Below are positions 11,239 to 24,054 of a DNA stretch of 64,000 nt, one piece after another. Made by a program: the position numbers and the translations under genes. How positions within the stretch are numbered: the stretch's first letter is position 1; each line of letters starts with the position of its first letter. Where the stretch lies: positions 1,102,322 through 1,166,321 of the forward strand of contig ML992504.1 in NCBI GenBank assembly GCA_010093995.1. The letters are read 5' to 3'. The DNA comes from Elsinoe ampelina (taxonomy: Eukaryota). The notes below the pieces were generated by a model. That model ran no database searches. It had not been told where the DNA came from and saw nothing but the letters and a program-made list of their open reading frames with translations.

Positions 11239-12785
11239 TATTTGATGGTGGCGGGGAGCACGTCAATACATATATTATTATCCATCCGCCGGAAGCACTC
11301 CAAGCAATCCTTGCCGGAGGACTCTTCGTCGTCCGGAAGTCCGGCTCAACGCCAAGCACAGTGGGGCAATCCCAGAGAGCCCTCGTCGATTTGCAACCCT
11401 CCCGTATGCTCACTGTCATATGCTCACTGCCATTCAAGAGGGCAAGGTCTTCAGGTCGAAAGGATTGGAGACGACGGAGCACGACGCGAGCAGTCCAGGA
11501 GAGTGGTGCCACGCCTAGGCTTTGCAGGACGGTCTGGTCCCTCGAGACTGATATGGAACGCCCCTTGTAACGTGGCCACAATTGCAATACACGAACAGAT
11601 ATTGTGGCAAACCAGGCTTAAGAGATGAGAAAAATTGGTACCAGAATATGAACAGAACGGTAAGACGACAAGAAAGGTGAAAGAGACAGTATCAATACGG
11701 CCGATCAGTGTGAATGGTAATCGACCGTGAGATACAAGCTGGTTCGTCCAGGGTCGGAATACCTCATGCCACCAGTCTTTACCGGAGGTTCTTCAAGTCG
11801 ATGGCGACACTAGTTGCGGCATGATTGATGCTCTTTACACAGTGATGAGCATCACAATATATCCTCTGGCGAACACGCAGCCAGCCATCGATGACAGGCG
11901 TTGTTCTGCTTGCCTCTGAAGACTGATGGAGAGACCGAAGTGTGTAGAGGGATGAGTAAGTCCTCACCTCCTCCGCCAGACAAACGCGCTGTGTCGAAGA
12001 GCGGCGAGGGGATGCAAAAGGATGTAAGCAGACGAAGTGATTCAGTCGTTCCGGAGATCTGAGTTCCTAATGTGTTGACTGCTGTTGCCACATGGCTATC
12101 AGTTTCTCAAGAAGTAGAAAGACTTGCCTGCTTTGAACATACCTACCAGGCTTCCGCGGACGACGTGCGATGCGAAACGGACAGCCATCTTGCAGTAGAT
12201 CATTGTGCACCAATGGCCATTGGGTTACATGCACGATTGTCAAGTTCTGTGGGACTATACCATGGGAGACAGTGCCGAGCATGATGCGAAAGTTGGTGAA
12301 TGCGACGGGACAAATTATCCAGAATGCTATTTGCACCTGCAGCAAGAATATTCTGAAGCAGTCCGAAGCGGACATACGATTGGTCGAAATTTGTGAGATG
12401 GTGTGGTAGTTTATGCATGTCAGCCAAAGCTGAGGTTAGTTCGCCCAAAGGAAGCATTCAGGGTCTGTACCTGTGGGGCAAGGAAGGCCTGGCATACGGT
12501 ATGTCCGGAGGGTCGAAGACACAAATCTGTGAGAGTTATCCAGTAATTCACAACATGTGGCAAAGGAACGAGCAAGCATGTGCCGTGCCAAGCGCCGCCG
12601 CGGCGGGACGGGATGCGATACTTCGACGATGTGGATAAACAAAGGCACGACCAGTCTATAACTTTTCATCTATGACCCAAATATGAAACATGCCATCCTG
12701 TCCCGTCTTCTATACATGTTCGCATTGCGGAAAAAGTCTCTCTACATCATATACACGCCACTGTACATTGCACATTATCCTGACC

Positions 12786-14147
12786 CTAGGGGGTGACCAT
12801 CCCCTTTTTAGGCATATCAGCGGCCTTGAAGCTCGGTTTGAACTTCTTTTGGATATCTTCTTCCGAGAACTTCCTCGTTTTCGTCCTGAGCATGTCGGCA
12901 ATCTCCTTTTTGGTCATCTTCACCTGGTCCCCAATAGGTACTAAGCAGTTGGCAAGGTGGTCGTAGTCCTTTTGCAACAACTTGACTGTCATCATGAGGT
13001 AGTCGATGTTGTGGAAGACCAAGGCTCGACCCTCGCTGTACGCCTGCTTTGATTGCAGGAAGTGGACTGGGTGGTCCCTCCAGTGGCGCCGGGGGTTGAG
13101 GTGGTGAGCTGTGTGATAGCCATCATTGAAGCAGAAGCGGTTGCTTGGAACATCCAGCAAAGTGATGCTCGAGCGGAAGTCAGAGTCGGGTTCAACCTCG
13201 TCGACGAGGGCGTGCTGACCCCAATTGCCAACCATTAGTCCCAGCCGGAGTAGGGTGTATGGTATGATGAGCGTAAAGGTGGCGGCTTTGGCATGGATAT
13301 GGAAGAACATGAAGTAAAGGAAGGCGTAGCTCAACATCTCGGAGGTGAATGCGCGGACAGCGAGGCCAGTCTTCTTCTTGCGGATAAAGTACATTGGCAG
13401 ATCATACCAGACCAAGAAGAGAAATCGTCCGAGATACTGGAGGAAGTTGAACAGATCGTCACGCTGGTAGCGAATGGTCGAAGACAGGTCGTCCGGACCT
13501 GTGCATGTCAGTCAAAGTCGGTTAAGCCTGGGAGTCTTCTTACCATTGCCTTCCACATGATGATGCTTGACATGGTGGTAGTAGTAAGAGTCCCAGGTAT
13601 GGCCCATCAGGGGCTCCAAGACGTAAGGGAATGATACATCCAGCCAATACCAGTCTCTGCTCAGGACGCCACCATTGTGGATGTGGTTATGCAACATTAG
13701 TGTAAATGCACCCGCACACCAGAAAGTAAAGGCGGCATGGAGAAGGCCATGTATGTAGCTGAAGTTGAAATACAGATATATGGCGCTGGTCAGGTTTACT
13801 GATAGGTATAGCAATATATGTGTCAAGAAGACGACGTCTGTGGGGTGGCGGACTATCCGTTTGGCAACATCAGTGTAGGGCCGCACCAGGTATTTGTTCA
13901 GCCAGACGGGAACGTCTTTCTCGTCCCAGGTGGTGAAGACTGTGGGCTGGAATTGCGGACTGCTGTGATCGTTCAGGGCTTGGAGGTAGGCAAGGGCAGC
14001 GGCATCGTCGAGGTCCACTCCTTGCGAAGCTTTCTTGTCATCGTCCGCGGGATTGGCATTGGTGCTGGCCTTGGACTTGTCTCGGAAAAGGTTCTCGAGG
14101 ATGACAACATCAGACTCGGTCAAATACGGATCAATTCTCGAGGGCAT
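12786..14147 (-). CDS. Fatty-acid-desaturase-like membrane di-iron protein; intron 13499-13543
   Basis: His boxes LMLHNHIH, YYHHVKHHH, GNWGQH and GYHTAHH, with hydrophobic segments. Confidence 0.85.
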
Positions 14148-15075
14148 TGTTATTGAAGCGGTCTGGAGACGTATCAAAATTTCTCAAGTCAGCCTGCAGC
14201 ACGGTTGACAGGGCCCAATCGCGTCTCGGAACAACGTTTAGAGTTCCAGCTGCCATGTGCGAGTAACTTGCGGGCCCATGTCGAGTCAGCATCTTTCCAG
14301 AAGCTCACGCTGGGAATTATTGAATAAGATTACAGCAAAAGCATGATACCTAGGAGTACCATCCAAGAAGTCCGGACATAACGAAACACGATCGGCGGCA
14401 GGACAGATTGGGTGAAACACTTGACCAAGATGTGAGGCGGTGCCAAAAGGGTTCGAGCCCGAAGAGTCCTAAGGGCGGTTGCGGCGGGGAACGAGATGCA
14501 GATCTTTCGGCGAAATGTCGACCACGAGAGTGAGAGTGAGCATGAGATCCAGCCCGCGAACACGCATATGTCGTTGTACAAGAACCGAATCTGTGCATTT
14601 GAAATCAAGTGCCATCCTGTCTCAATTCATGACCGCACGAGTGGACAAAAGAAAGCAGAACGAGCTGCTGCGACTCATTGGCGTACGCAATCCATCCGAG
14701 TCTGCGACTTGGCGACAGCAATGCTGGCCCGTCTTTTGTCTTGTCATCAGAGGGACCAAGGGGACTGCCCGTGGAGCGTGGAGGTGATCAGATCTCCAAG
14801 CGCGGCGCATCCACACACCCACCTCATCAGTCCGTACTCTCCGCACCCGCCGCCGTCGTATTCGTACCTATTGTCTTTTGTACTGCTTTAGCGCTATTCT
14901 TCCTTCTCACACTTTACTCTGGCTGCATCACCTTCATTTCTGTACAGTGTAGACGCGACAGGCAACATTCGTCGACTTTCAAGCAGCCCTTACCGTCACT
15001 TGCACCGGCAGGGTTTCCCCATCTTGGCATACCCACACTACCACTTCGTCCTCTCTCGGTGCGCCCGGCGCGATC

Positions 15076-17663
15076 ATGCGCTTAACGGGAAACAATGTCT
15101 TTACCGCCCTCACGGTAATACTCAGCACATTCTCAGCCCTCACCGACGCAACCTCGACAACAAGGAACCCCGTAAAGGCCCTGTACACGATCCAGAATGC
15201 GACCATTCACACGGCGAGTAAGCGGATTACCGCTCTCTCCAACTTCGACCTCTCCTTCATCCTGAACCAAGACGACCATGTGAAACTATCGCTAGAGCCG
15301 AATCACGATATCCTGCCCGACAATGGACTTTTCATGACACACTTGGGCGAAGATGGAGGGATTACAAGATCAGAGGAGATTGAGCGGTTAAAACACAAGG
15401 TCTTCAAGGGCACAGCATGGACGAGAGCTTCAGGTCAAGAGCAATGGATACCTGCCGGCTGGGCAAGAATCTTTGTCAAGGAAGATGGTCCGAGACCTCT
15501 CTTCGACGGCTCATTCTCAGTCGACCACAACAACCACCATATCCATCTGGCCAAGAACTATCTCCGCACGAGACATCTCAGCGATCCGGAGGTGGAGAAC
15601 ACCAAGGATGAATATATGGTGCTATACCGTGACTCTGATATCGCCAGTCACGAGGAGGAAGTGCTGGACACAAACTTCCGCAGATCACTCAACCTCGGTC
15701 CTGTCGAAGGCTTTGGTACTTGTATTGCCGATAACCTGAGCTTCAACAGCCAGCCAGAACATCCTGTGCACCAGGAGATTCTCCGACGTTCGGCACGCAG
15801 CATTGGTGGCATATCTATGGGCTCGCTCTTTGGCAAACGTCAGGACTCTACCCCAGCCGGTGGCAACTCCGCAGGTGTCAATCTTGTATCGACTATTGGC
15901 CAGACCGCCGGATGTCCGACTACTCGCAGAGTCGCTCTTGTCGGTGTTGCCGTTGATTGTTCATATCGTGCCTCGTTCGACACGGAAGAGGCTATGAGAC
16001 AGAATCTCATATCTGTTGTCAACCAAGCTTCCAATCTCTACGAGCGGACTTTCAACATTTCTCTCGGTCTGCAGAACATTACTACCTCGGCTCCAGAATG
16101 TCCTGGTTCACCACCTGCGAGTACACCATGGAATAGAGGTTGCAGTGATGACTTTGACATACAAGATCGACTCAACACATTCTCTTCATGGCGAGGTGCC
16201 CAGTCCGACAATAATGCTTACTGGACTCTCTTCTCCACGTGCCCGACATCGTCTGCCGTCGGTCTCGCTTGGCTTGGTCAAGCTTGTGTCAACGATGCTC
16301 AGACTGCCAACTCATCAGTCACCGGCAATGGCGCTACAGGGGGCGGATCTGAGACTGTAGCCGGAGCCAACGTCGTCGTGCGGACCCGCGGTGCTACCGA
16401 ATGGCAGGTCTTTGCCCACGAGACTGGCCATACCTTTGGTGCTGTCCACGATTGCAATTCTGCTCTATGCAACAACCAACAGTCCGTCCGCGCCAGTCAG
16501 TGTTGTCCTCTCAGCGGCGACCAATGTGATGCTGGCAGTCGATACATGATGAACCCCTCAACCTCCCAAGGCATCACCGACTTCTCTCCCTGCTCCGTCG
16601 GCAATATCTGCTCCGCCCTTGGCCGCAACTCAGTCCGCTCTTCCTGCCTCAGCGACAACCGCGGCGTCACCACCATCACCGGCCAACAGTGCGGCAACGG
16701 GATTGTCGAACCCGGGGAAGACTGCGACTGCGGCGGCGAGCAAGGCTGCGGCGACAATGCCTGCTGCGAACCCACCACATGCCGCTTCCGCTCCAACGCC
16801 GTCTGCGATGACTCGAACGAAGACTGCTGCAACCAATGCCAATTCGCCTCGGCGGGCTCCGTATGCCGCGCCAGCTCCGGTGTCTGCGACCCCCAAGAAA
16901 CCTGCACAGGCAACAGCTCCACCTGCCCAACTGACGTGCGCGCCCCCAACGGCCAAGAATGCGGCTCCGGTCTCCGCTGCGCAAGCGGCCAATGTACCTC
17001 GCGTGACCAACAATGCCGCACCGTAATGGGCAGTCTGACGCAGAACAACGACACCCGCAGCTGCGACAGCTCTGGATGCCAGCTCAGTTGCGCTTCCCCC
17101 GAGTTCGGTCGCGGTGTCTGCTATGGACTGCAGCAGAACTTCCTCGACGGGACAACCTGTGGCGGAGGCGGGACATGTCAGAACGTAAGCCCCCCCCCAT
17201 TTCCCCCAAATTCCCCCTTTCCTGCCTGTATTAATTCTCCCAGGGTCGCTGCCGCGGCACCTCCGCCGGCGGCACCATCCGCTCCTGGATCGACGACAAC
17301 CGCAACATTGTCATCGGCGTCGCCGTCGGCGTCGGCTCCCTGATCCTCCTCGTGCTCCTCTCCTGCATCTGGTCCTGCTGCCGCCGCCGCCGCCGCCGCA
17401 ACAAGGGCGTAAAACCAGTCCCGTCGCCGCCGCCGGGTGGGTGGCAGGGATGGAGGGGTGGGCCGCAGGGTCCGCAGGGACAGGGGCCGCCGGCGGAGTA
17501 TTACGCTGGGGGACAGAGTCATGGGAGGAGTGGGAGGCCGGTGCCACCACCGCCGCCGCCCCCAGTGTATGCGGGTAGGGGCGCGGAGATGAGTATGAGT
17601 GGTGGGAATGGGGGTGGGGTGGGGAGTCCGCCGGTGAGGAGGGGGACGGTGAGGTATGCTTAG
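15076..17663 (+). CDS. ADAM-family metalloprotease/disintegrin, type I membrane protein; intron 17185-17243
   Basis: Signal peptide, HETGHTFGAVHD zinc motif, Met-turn YMMNP, disintegrin CGNGIVEPGEDCDCG and a Cys-rich domain. After splicing there is a TM segment IVIGVAVGVGSLILLVLLSCIW followed by an Arg stop-transfer run. Confidence 0.93.
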
Positions 17664-18226
17664 TCAAGCTTCGGGTGTAGATATTTTTTTTATATCAAGG
17701 GGTTTGGGGTGCATAGAGTGTGTTTTCATGAGGTTATGAATATTTGATGATCTAGGAGATTGGAAGACCAGTCGGTCGTTTCTGGGATCGGATGGAGTGG
17801 ATGGGTTGGACAGGTACAGGGCGGGCAAAAGGGAAGGGCTGTATATAGTTCATGTGATGCGATATGACTGCTCACTACCATGTTCTCTTGCGGATGGTGA
17901 CCTTGCCAGCTAGTGTTGAATGTTGGTGCCATGGAGATGGACGGCGCGAGGAAGGCATATCGGCGTACGGGACGTGACATGTATACACCAAATGCTGATT
18001 CTGTCTTCCTCGAGTCTGCCTTCAGACATAGCCGTACCAGTGTACGCTCGATGGACACGATGCCTGCTACTCATGCTCATGTATGGTACACAGCCAGGCA
18101 GTCTGCTGATGCTTGACATTCGTGCTTCTCGAGTATGGTATCCATTCAGCCCAGCCCAGGTCTCCTTGTTCCTTTGAACGCCTCGCACGACCCAGAACCC
18201 AGTATCCTCTCCCATGTCGTCCCCGT

Positions 18227-19342
18227 TCATAACCCCATCAACATCCTCACCACCGCGCCGGCCCCTCCCTCTCCTTCCTCCGGCTTTTTCTCCCCAGCCG
18301 GCGCCTTATCCTTCGCCACCGGACTCCCATGCGCAAAGAACAAAATCTTAATCGCGATCGCCAGTCCCGCATGCAACGCCACCACCGCAATGAGCAAAAT
18401 CTTCGAAGTCTTGACATCCGAAACCGACAAGACCGGATACCTGCACCCGTCAGCCCCTGCTCCCCTCCCGTTCTCCTGTCCCGGACAATACTCACAGATT
18501 CCTCACCAAAAACACCACACTCACCGCAAACCCGACCCCAACAAACACAAAATTCAACACCGTCAACGGACTCCAACTCACCAACGCAACCGGTATCCAG
18601 ATCAAATTCGCATACCCATACAGCGCCCAACACTCGAGCACATTGGCGCTCTCACTCCCGAACCACCTCAAAACGCCCCACAGCCCCAGCGGCAACACAA
18701 ACGTATACCCATACACCAACCCAGCGGCGCCCGACAGCAGCGCGAAATCATACGTGTAGTGCTCACGGCCCGTGCTGGCGAGGTAGCTGCTGATGGTGCC
18801 GGTCAGGAAAAGGATCACCACCACCGTGGTCGCGATCCAGAACGGGCCGTACAGGTCCGGGTTGCCGTCCAGCACGTCCAGGAAGTTGGAGCGCGGGAAC
18901 ACGGCCGCCCAGCATCGTCGGAGCACTTCCGCCGTGTCGACGTCGAAGAATTGCGCGTAGAAGGTGAGGGTCCAGAGGTAGGATTTGCCTCCTGTCGTGG
19001 GGGAGGGGCGGGGGTTGGACGAGGGCAGGAAGGAGGTGGATGAGGGGGGCAGTTTGCCGCGTTGGGAGGTGGAGGGGGTGGTGAAGGTTGAGGTGTGGAA
19101 TTCGAGGGGGTCGTCGTTGGTGAGGTCGGTGTGGCCTAGGTCGGAGCCCTGGGGAGGTTAGGAGGGAGGGAGGGAGGGAGGAGGGAAGGGGGAGAGGGGA
19201 GGGAGGGAGGAGGGAAGGGGGAGAGGGGAGGGAGATGGGAAGGAGAGGGGAGGGAGAGGGGAAGGAGAGGGCAGAGGGAGGGGAATGGAGGACATACTTC
19301 TGCGTCGACGTCGACGACGACGTCGTAGCCGCGATTCGACAT
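18227..19342 (-). CDS. Yip1-domain protein (Yip5/YIPF1-like); introns 19149-19297 and 18441-18495
   Basis: GYDVVVDVD, FYAQFFDVDT and NPDLYGPFWIATT motifs, with five TM segments. Confidence 0.9.
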
Positions 19343-19733
19343 TGGAGCGGTGAATGTGGGAGATGGTTAATGAGAGGGAGTGGGAAAGTGATGGCCGCGA
19401 GGTGACAGCTTGCGGGAGTCGGGAGCTTGGGCCAATCGGAGGGCGAGGGGAGGCTGCGCGGTATTCTTATGCTCAAGGGGGGTGGTCACATCGATCAAAG
19501 ACTAACATGTGGAAAATGTTATGTCGATGCTTGATTTTGAATTCTGTGATCATAATTCATGCCTAGCAAGGTATTCTTGACCGTATTTCGGTCAAAATGA
19601 AGCTGGCCCGACCACGACACCTACCAGCTCGGTGCGGAGTGCTCCCTTCCCCAGCATGGACTATTCACCCATCCTCATCTATCCTGAATTCTCTCAGGAC
19701 ACCCATCCATCCCCATGACCACGATCACGCTGC

Positions 19734-22700
19734 CTATTTGAAAAGGCTCCTCAACCCATCCATCCTCTCCTTGATCCCGCCCTTTCCACCCTCACCAAAA
19801 GCCTCCTGCGCCAACATCATCTTCTGCTCCTGCAACTTGATAATCCTCCCTTCAAAACTATCCGCCATGACAAATTTGACAATCTCCACCTTCCTGGTCT
19901 GACCCAGTCTGTGCACACGATCGACCGCCTGATTCTCGACACCAGGATTGAATTGTGGCTCCATCATGTAGACCTTGTTGGCAGCGGTGAAGTTTAGACC
20001 TTGTCCTCCGGCGCGGATACTGACGAGCATGACAGTGTAAGTAGGATTCTCGCGGAATTGGGTGATGACTTTGGCGCGCTTGGTGGCGTGCATGCTTCCG
20101 TCGAGGCGGAGGTAAGGGATGCCAGCGTCGCTGAGGGCGAGACCAATGAGGTCCATGTACTGGGTCCAGCCGGAGAAGACGACGGAACGGATGGGCGGCT
20201 CGCCCTCTGGCAGTTGCTGGGAGTCCTCGATGTTCTGCTGGAGACGGGCGATCAGAGCCTTGACCTTGGTGTGAGGGCCAGAGTAGCGGGTCAAGTCACG
20301 GCCTTTCTTGTGGTTGTTGATCATCTCCCGCTTGCGCTCCTCTTCAGCTTCGATACCTCTGCGAGTGATGGGTGAGAACACAGCACGGATGTACGCGCCG
20401 CAGTTGGGGCAGTCACAGTAATTGTCGCTGGTCAGTGTCGGCCTGCAAGCTTCTTCATATGCGTCGATGCACTTTGGACAGTAGAGGTGATAGTCGGGAG
20501 TCATGTAGCCGAGCGTGACATCGTGCTCGGTTTCTTCAGCAGCGGTATTGGAGCCAGCATCCTGTTCGCCCTCGCCAGAATTGTCCCCAGATTCGCCATC
20601 CTGCTTGTCATCGCTGGCTTCCTCTTCTTCGTCAGACTCATCCTCATCCGCAGCTTGCACCACATCCTCACGGCCGATCTCGTTGCTGCATCCGGAACAC
20701 ATGTTGACGTTCGACTCCCTCATCATGTTCAGGGTGCTGTAGATCTGTTGCTCGGTGAGGGCAGGCTTCTCCATCTCGTCTTCGTCTCCAAGGTCGATGG
20801 CATCTTCCATGGTACGACCTTCCAGAATCTTCATGTCTTCATCGCTGAGGAGCTCACGGCCGTGGCAGCAGATCAGACGAAGACGGGTGATGAAGGTCAG
20901 CATATGAGCCGTACCTTTGCCACGCAAACGATTGTCGCGGAGGATAGTATCCACCTTGGTGCCAGAGTCTCTCATGAATGCTTCGTACAGTGCACGCTCC
21001 GAGCTTGAAAAGTCGAGGTAGATGGTCTTCTTGTCAGGATCCTCCATGTTGAGCTTCTTCTTTGAACGACGAAGCATGACACTGCCCACCAGAGCCTTGA
21101 GATTGGGAAGTGCCAATTCGTTTCCGGACTTGAAGGTGGACAAGAAGTACTGCTCCCAAGCACCTTTCTCATGGAATGGTGCAAGCTTGATGAACTTGAT
21201 CAGAGCACCAAGATCATCCAACTTGTTCTGAACCGGAGTACCAGTGACAGCCCAGCGGCGCGGACTGGAAATGGCGGAACATCCCTTGAACCAGCCGGTC
21301 TGCATGTTCTTGATCGAATGCGCTTCGTCAAGGACGACCCTATACCAGTTGAGCTTCGCCAATGCATCCATCTTGCGGTTGCTGCGCGTCAACTCTCCAG
21401 CGACTGTGCCGTAAGATGTAACCACGATGTCATACTTGGCCAGCTCGTCCGCATCTTGAGTGCGAGCGTAGCCATGGTACTTGTAGTATTTGATCTTCTT
21501 GGTGTCGAGATGCATCTTGATCTGCTCGTCCCAATTGCTGAGAACACCGGTAGGACAGACCACGAGCGTGGCGCCAGTGTTACGCTCCACGGTATCATGC
21601 TTCTTGAGAGCCCTTGACAAGTCAGTCTCCCCGAACTGGCGAGCATCCGACAAGGTCGAGGCCACACGTGAGAGGACACTCAATGTCTTTCCCAGACCCA
21701 TGTCGTCCGAAAAGAGCCCACCAAGGCACTGGGGAAGCTGCTTGACCTCATGACCTGAGATGGTGTTGTACCATCCTTCCTTGTCTCTCTGGTAATCTGG
21801 CTTCCATAGTCCAATATGAGGGTCATCAATTTCGTTGCTGTAAGGAGTCTCCATCCTTGTCATCCACCAAAGAGCCTGCTTCTGATGATCAAGAAGTGAA
21901 GTCTTGACCAGAGTACCATCAGTATCGAGCATTTGGAGACCTTCAGAGCTGGGCAAATTGTCGATAATGTTCTTGACATCATTGGCGACTTCTTCGGCAG
22001 TACGGGACACAAAGGTTCCTGCACCCACACTTGATGAGACGATAGCACCGTTTGTCGCCACCCTCTTCGGACCAAAGTCCTTCGGCTTGTGTGGATTAAA
22101 GTATTCTTTGTGCTCTTTACTGCTCGTCGGATCTCTGAGATAGTACTGCTTCTGGCTGAGGATCCTACCAATATGATCGACAACTGACCTGGCGCAGAAG
22201 ATGACAATGTTGCAGTTGATGAGCTCAGAGGTCGGGTCACCTGGCTTCTGTGATGGGTCCTTTCTCTTCCTTGGAGGTAAGGACAAAGTCATACGGATCT
22301 TGGTCTGACCTGGAGCATTGAGCAGTGGTGCCAAAGTCTCTGCAATCCTGTAGTCGAGGTTGCCAAAGTATACTGTCTGCCTGTCGCGAAGCTCGATGGT
22401 CTTGAGCTGACCGGGACTGCGTTGTGCGGTGATCCTGCCATATCCCCAAGTATCCTTTGTGTTCAGAATCTTGGTACTGACGTGAGGCACACGGTGTGCA
22501 GTGATATGTGCTTCGATCTGACCAATACAGACCTCCCTGCGAGGGTCCTCGTCGGAGCGTATGATTGGCCTGACTTCGGTAATCGCAAGATCATCTTCTT
22601 GCGTCAGGTCGATCGCGGCACCGGGTCCAGCAGCTTCTTGTGCCTTCTGACGCATCTCTCGGACGGATTCGCCAATAATGCCACCTTTGCCGCCACCGGT

Positions 22701-23171
22701 GAACTTGGACTTTTTCTTTTCACGTTCGTCGTTGTCGTCCTGCTCGGTATCGACACGTCGTTTGAGAGGGGCTGCTTCGCGCTTCTGTACACCATGGTGG
22801 CGTTCCATCAAGCTACCAAAGTTGTTCGTGGCTGTTTCCGGCTCATCCGCGTCCGCAGGTGCTTGAATGTCCTTGTAATGCGGGTCGTTGGCGTTGCGTA
22901 TATGAGCTGCTTTGGGGTTGAGGAGCTGGGCGGGATTGAATCTGGTAGGAGTGATAGGAGACGATAATTGCGCCGTAGCATCACGTGCACCTTTTGCGGA
23001 CGTAGGCGTGGTTGGCTGCTTAGGTGAGTTGGGCTTCGCCGACTGGGATTGCCCGGACTTCTGCGGCGGAGGCGTCACAGCTTTGTGGGAAGATGGGGAG
23101 GTCTTTCCATTGGTGCTGGTAGTACCTGTGGACTGATTTGCCGAGCCTGCGAGAGCATCTTGATCAGCCAT
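19734..23171 (-). CDS. SNF2-family ATPase with RING finger (RAD5/RAD16/HLTF-like)
   Basis: GGLFSDDMGLGKT, VVLDEAH, WAVTGTP, a RING-like Cys cluster, LRLDGSM and QAVDRVHRLGQ. The likely start is MADQD at 23171. Confidence 0.92.
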   Translation of the reverse strand: MADQDALAGSANQSTGTTSTNGKTSPSSHKAVTPPPQKSGQSQSAKPNSPKQPTTPTSAKGARDATAQLSSPITPTRFNPAQLLNPKAAHIRNANDPHYKDIQAPADADEPETATNNFGSLMERHHGVQKREAAPLKRRVDTEQDDNDEREKKKSKFTGGGKGGIIGESVREMRQKAQEAAGPGAAIDLTQEDDLAITEVRPIIRSDEDPRREVCIGQIEAHITAHRVPHVSTKILNTKDTWGYGRITAQRSPGQLKTIELRDRQTVYFGNLDYRIAETLAPLLNAPGQTKIRMTLSLPPRKRKDPSQKPGDPTSELINCNIVIFCARSVVDHIGRILSQKQYYLRDPTSSKEHKEYFNPHKPKDFGPKRVATNGAIVSSSVGAGTFVSRTAEEVANDVKNIIDNLPSSEGLQMLDTDGTLVKTSLLDHQKQALWWMTRMETPYSNEIDDPHIGLWKPDYQRDKEGWYNTISGHEVKQLPQCLGGLFSDDMGLGKTLSVLSRVASTLSDARQFGETDLSRALKKHDTVERNTGATLVVCPTGVLSNWDEQIKMHLDTKKIKYYKYHGYARTQDADELAKYDIVVTSYGTVAGELTRSNRKMDALAKLNWYRVVLDEAHSIKNMQTGWFKGCSAISSPRRWAVTGTPVQNKLDDLGALIKFIKLAPFHEKGAWEQYFLSTFKSGNELALPNLKALVGSVMLRRSKKKLNMEDPDKKTIYLDFSSSERALYEAFMRDSGTKVDTILRDNRLRGKGTAHMLTFITRLRLICCHGRELLSDEDMKILEGRTMEDAIDLGDEDEMEKPALTEQQIYSTLNMMRESNVNMCSGCSNEIGREDVVQAADEDESDEEEEASDDKQDGESGDNSGEGEQDAGSNTAAEETEHDVTLGYMTPDYHLYCPKCIDAYEEACRPTLTSDNYCDCPNCGAYIRAVFSPITRRGIEAEEERKREMINNHKKGRDLTRYSGPHTKVKALIARLQQNIEDSQQLPEGEPPIRSVVFSGWTQYMDLIGLALSDAGIPYLRLDGSMHATKRAKVITQFRENPTYTVMLVSIRAGGQGLNFTAANKVYMMEPQFNPGVENQAVDRVHRLGQTRKVEIVKFVMADSFEGRIIKLQEQKMMLAQEAFGEGGKGGIKERMDGLRSLFK

Positions 23172-24054
23172 GGCTGCGAGATCGATCAAGGTGAGACAGG
23201 AAAGGCATGCAAGAGGAAGAAATGATATGAGATGAGGATCGATATATATTGTCGAAGGATGCAAGGCGAGTGTGAAGGATGAGGATGAGGAAGAGGAAGA
23301 GGTCGAAGGGAGAGTTGTGAAGTCAGAGAGGTGATCTATATAGCAGATCGATATTCGCCACAGCTGAAGGCACGTGCAACGTGACAATAGGCGGCAGCGC
23401 AATACCGAGCTAATAGAAGTGAGGTTGAATAGTGAATTGAATGAGAACGAAATTCATGAAACAATTGAAGAACTGTCGCATGTGAAAAGACTGTACGTAC
23501 TTCTCGACTTCTTCGCGGCATTCTTTGCGAAAGCTTTGGGGTTGAGTAACAATGCGGGATTCATGGCTGTCAATCTGTCGTGACCGCACAAGGCTGTCGA
23601 TGTCACGATATTTGCGTGCTCCCTTCTCCCATGCTTGAAATCGCCACGTGCCGTGTCCGTACCTAGAAATCCTGCGAGCGCGTCGCTGTGTGGTAGCGCC
23701 ACCGAAGCGAACAGCAAGTCCGGATACGACAAATCTCAAGCCATGATGTTGTTAGCCGACGATATAGGGAATCCAGTGGCGGGAAAGTGGTCAAAGAGAC
23801 GTCAAGCTTTTGTAGTGAAATGCACAAAGCGAAGCTGATATCGGCCGAAGATTCAAGGTTCATGACGCATTCCCCAAGCTGTGGATGATCGACACTAGCT
23901 CGAGCCTTACCCGAAGAGCCGCACCACCAAAAAAGACTGTCGATCCTCAACACAATCCCCTCGTGCGTTTTTGGTGAGTGGAGCACTCGTCGATCGCGCT
24001 GATCACGCTCTTGGCGGCAATCTTTACCTCTTTAAGCTTGACAACGTCAACAAT

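Noticed and set aside
14445..14470. GGGTTCGAGCCC resembling a tRNA T-loop/B box
   Set aside because: No 5-bp T stem and no D arm or acceptor pairing.
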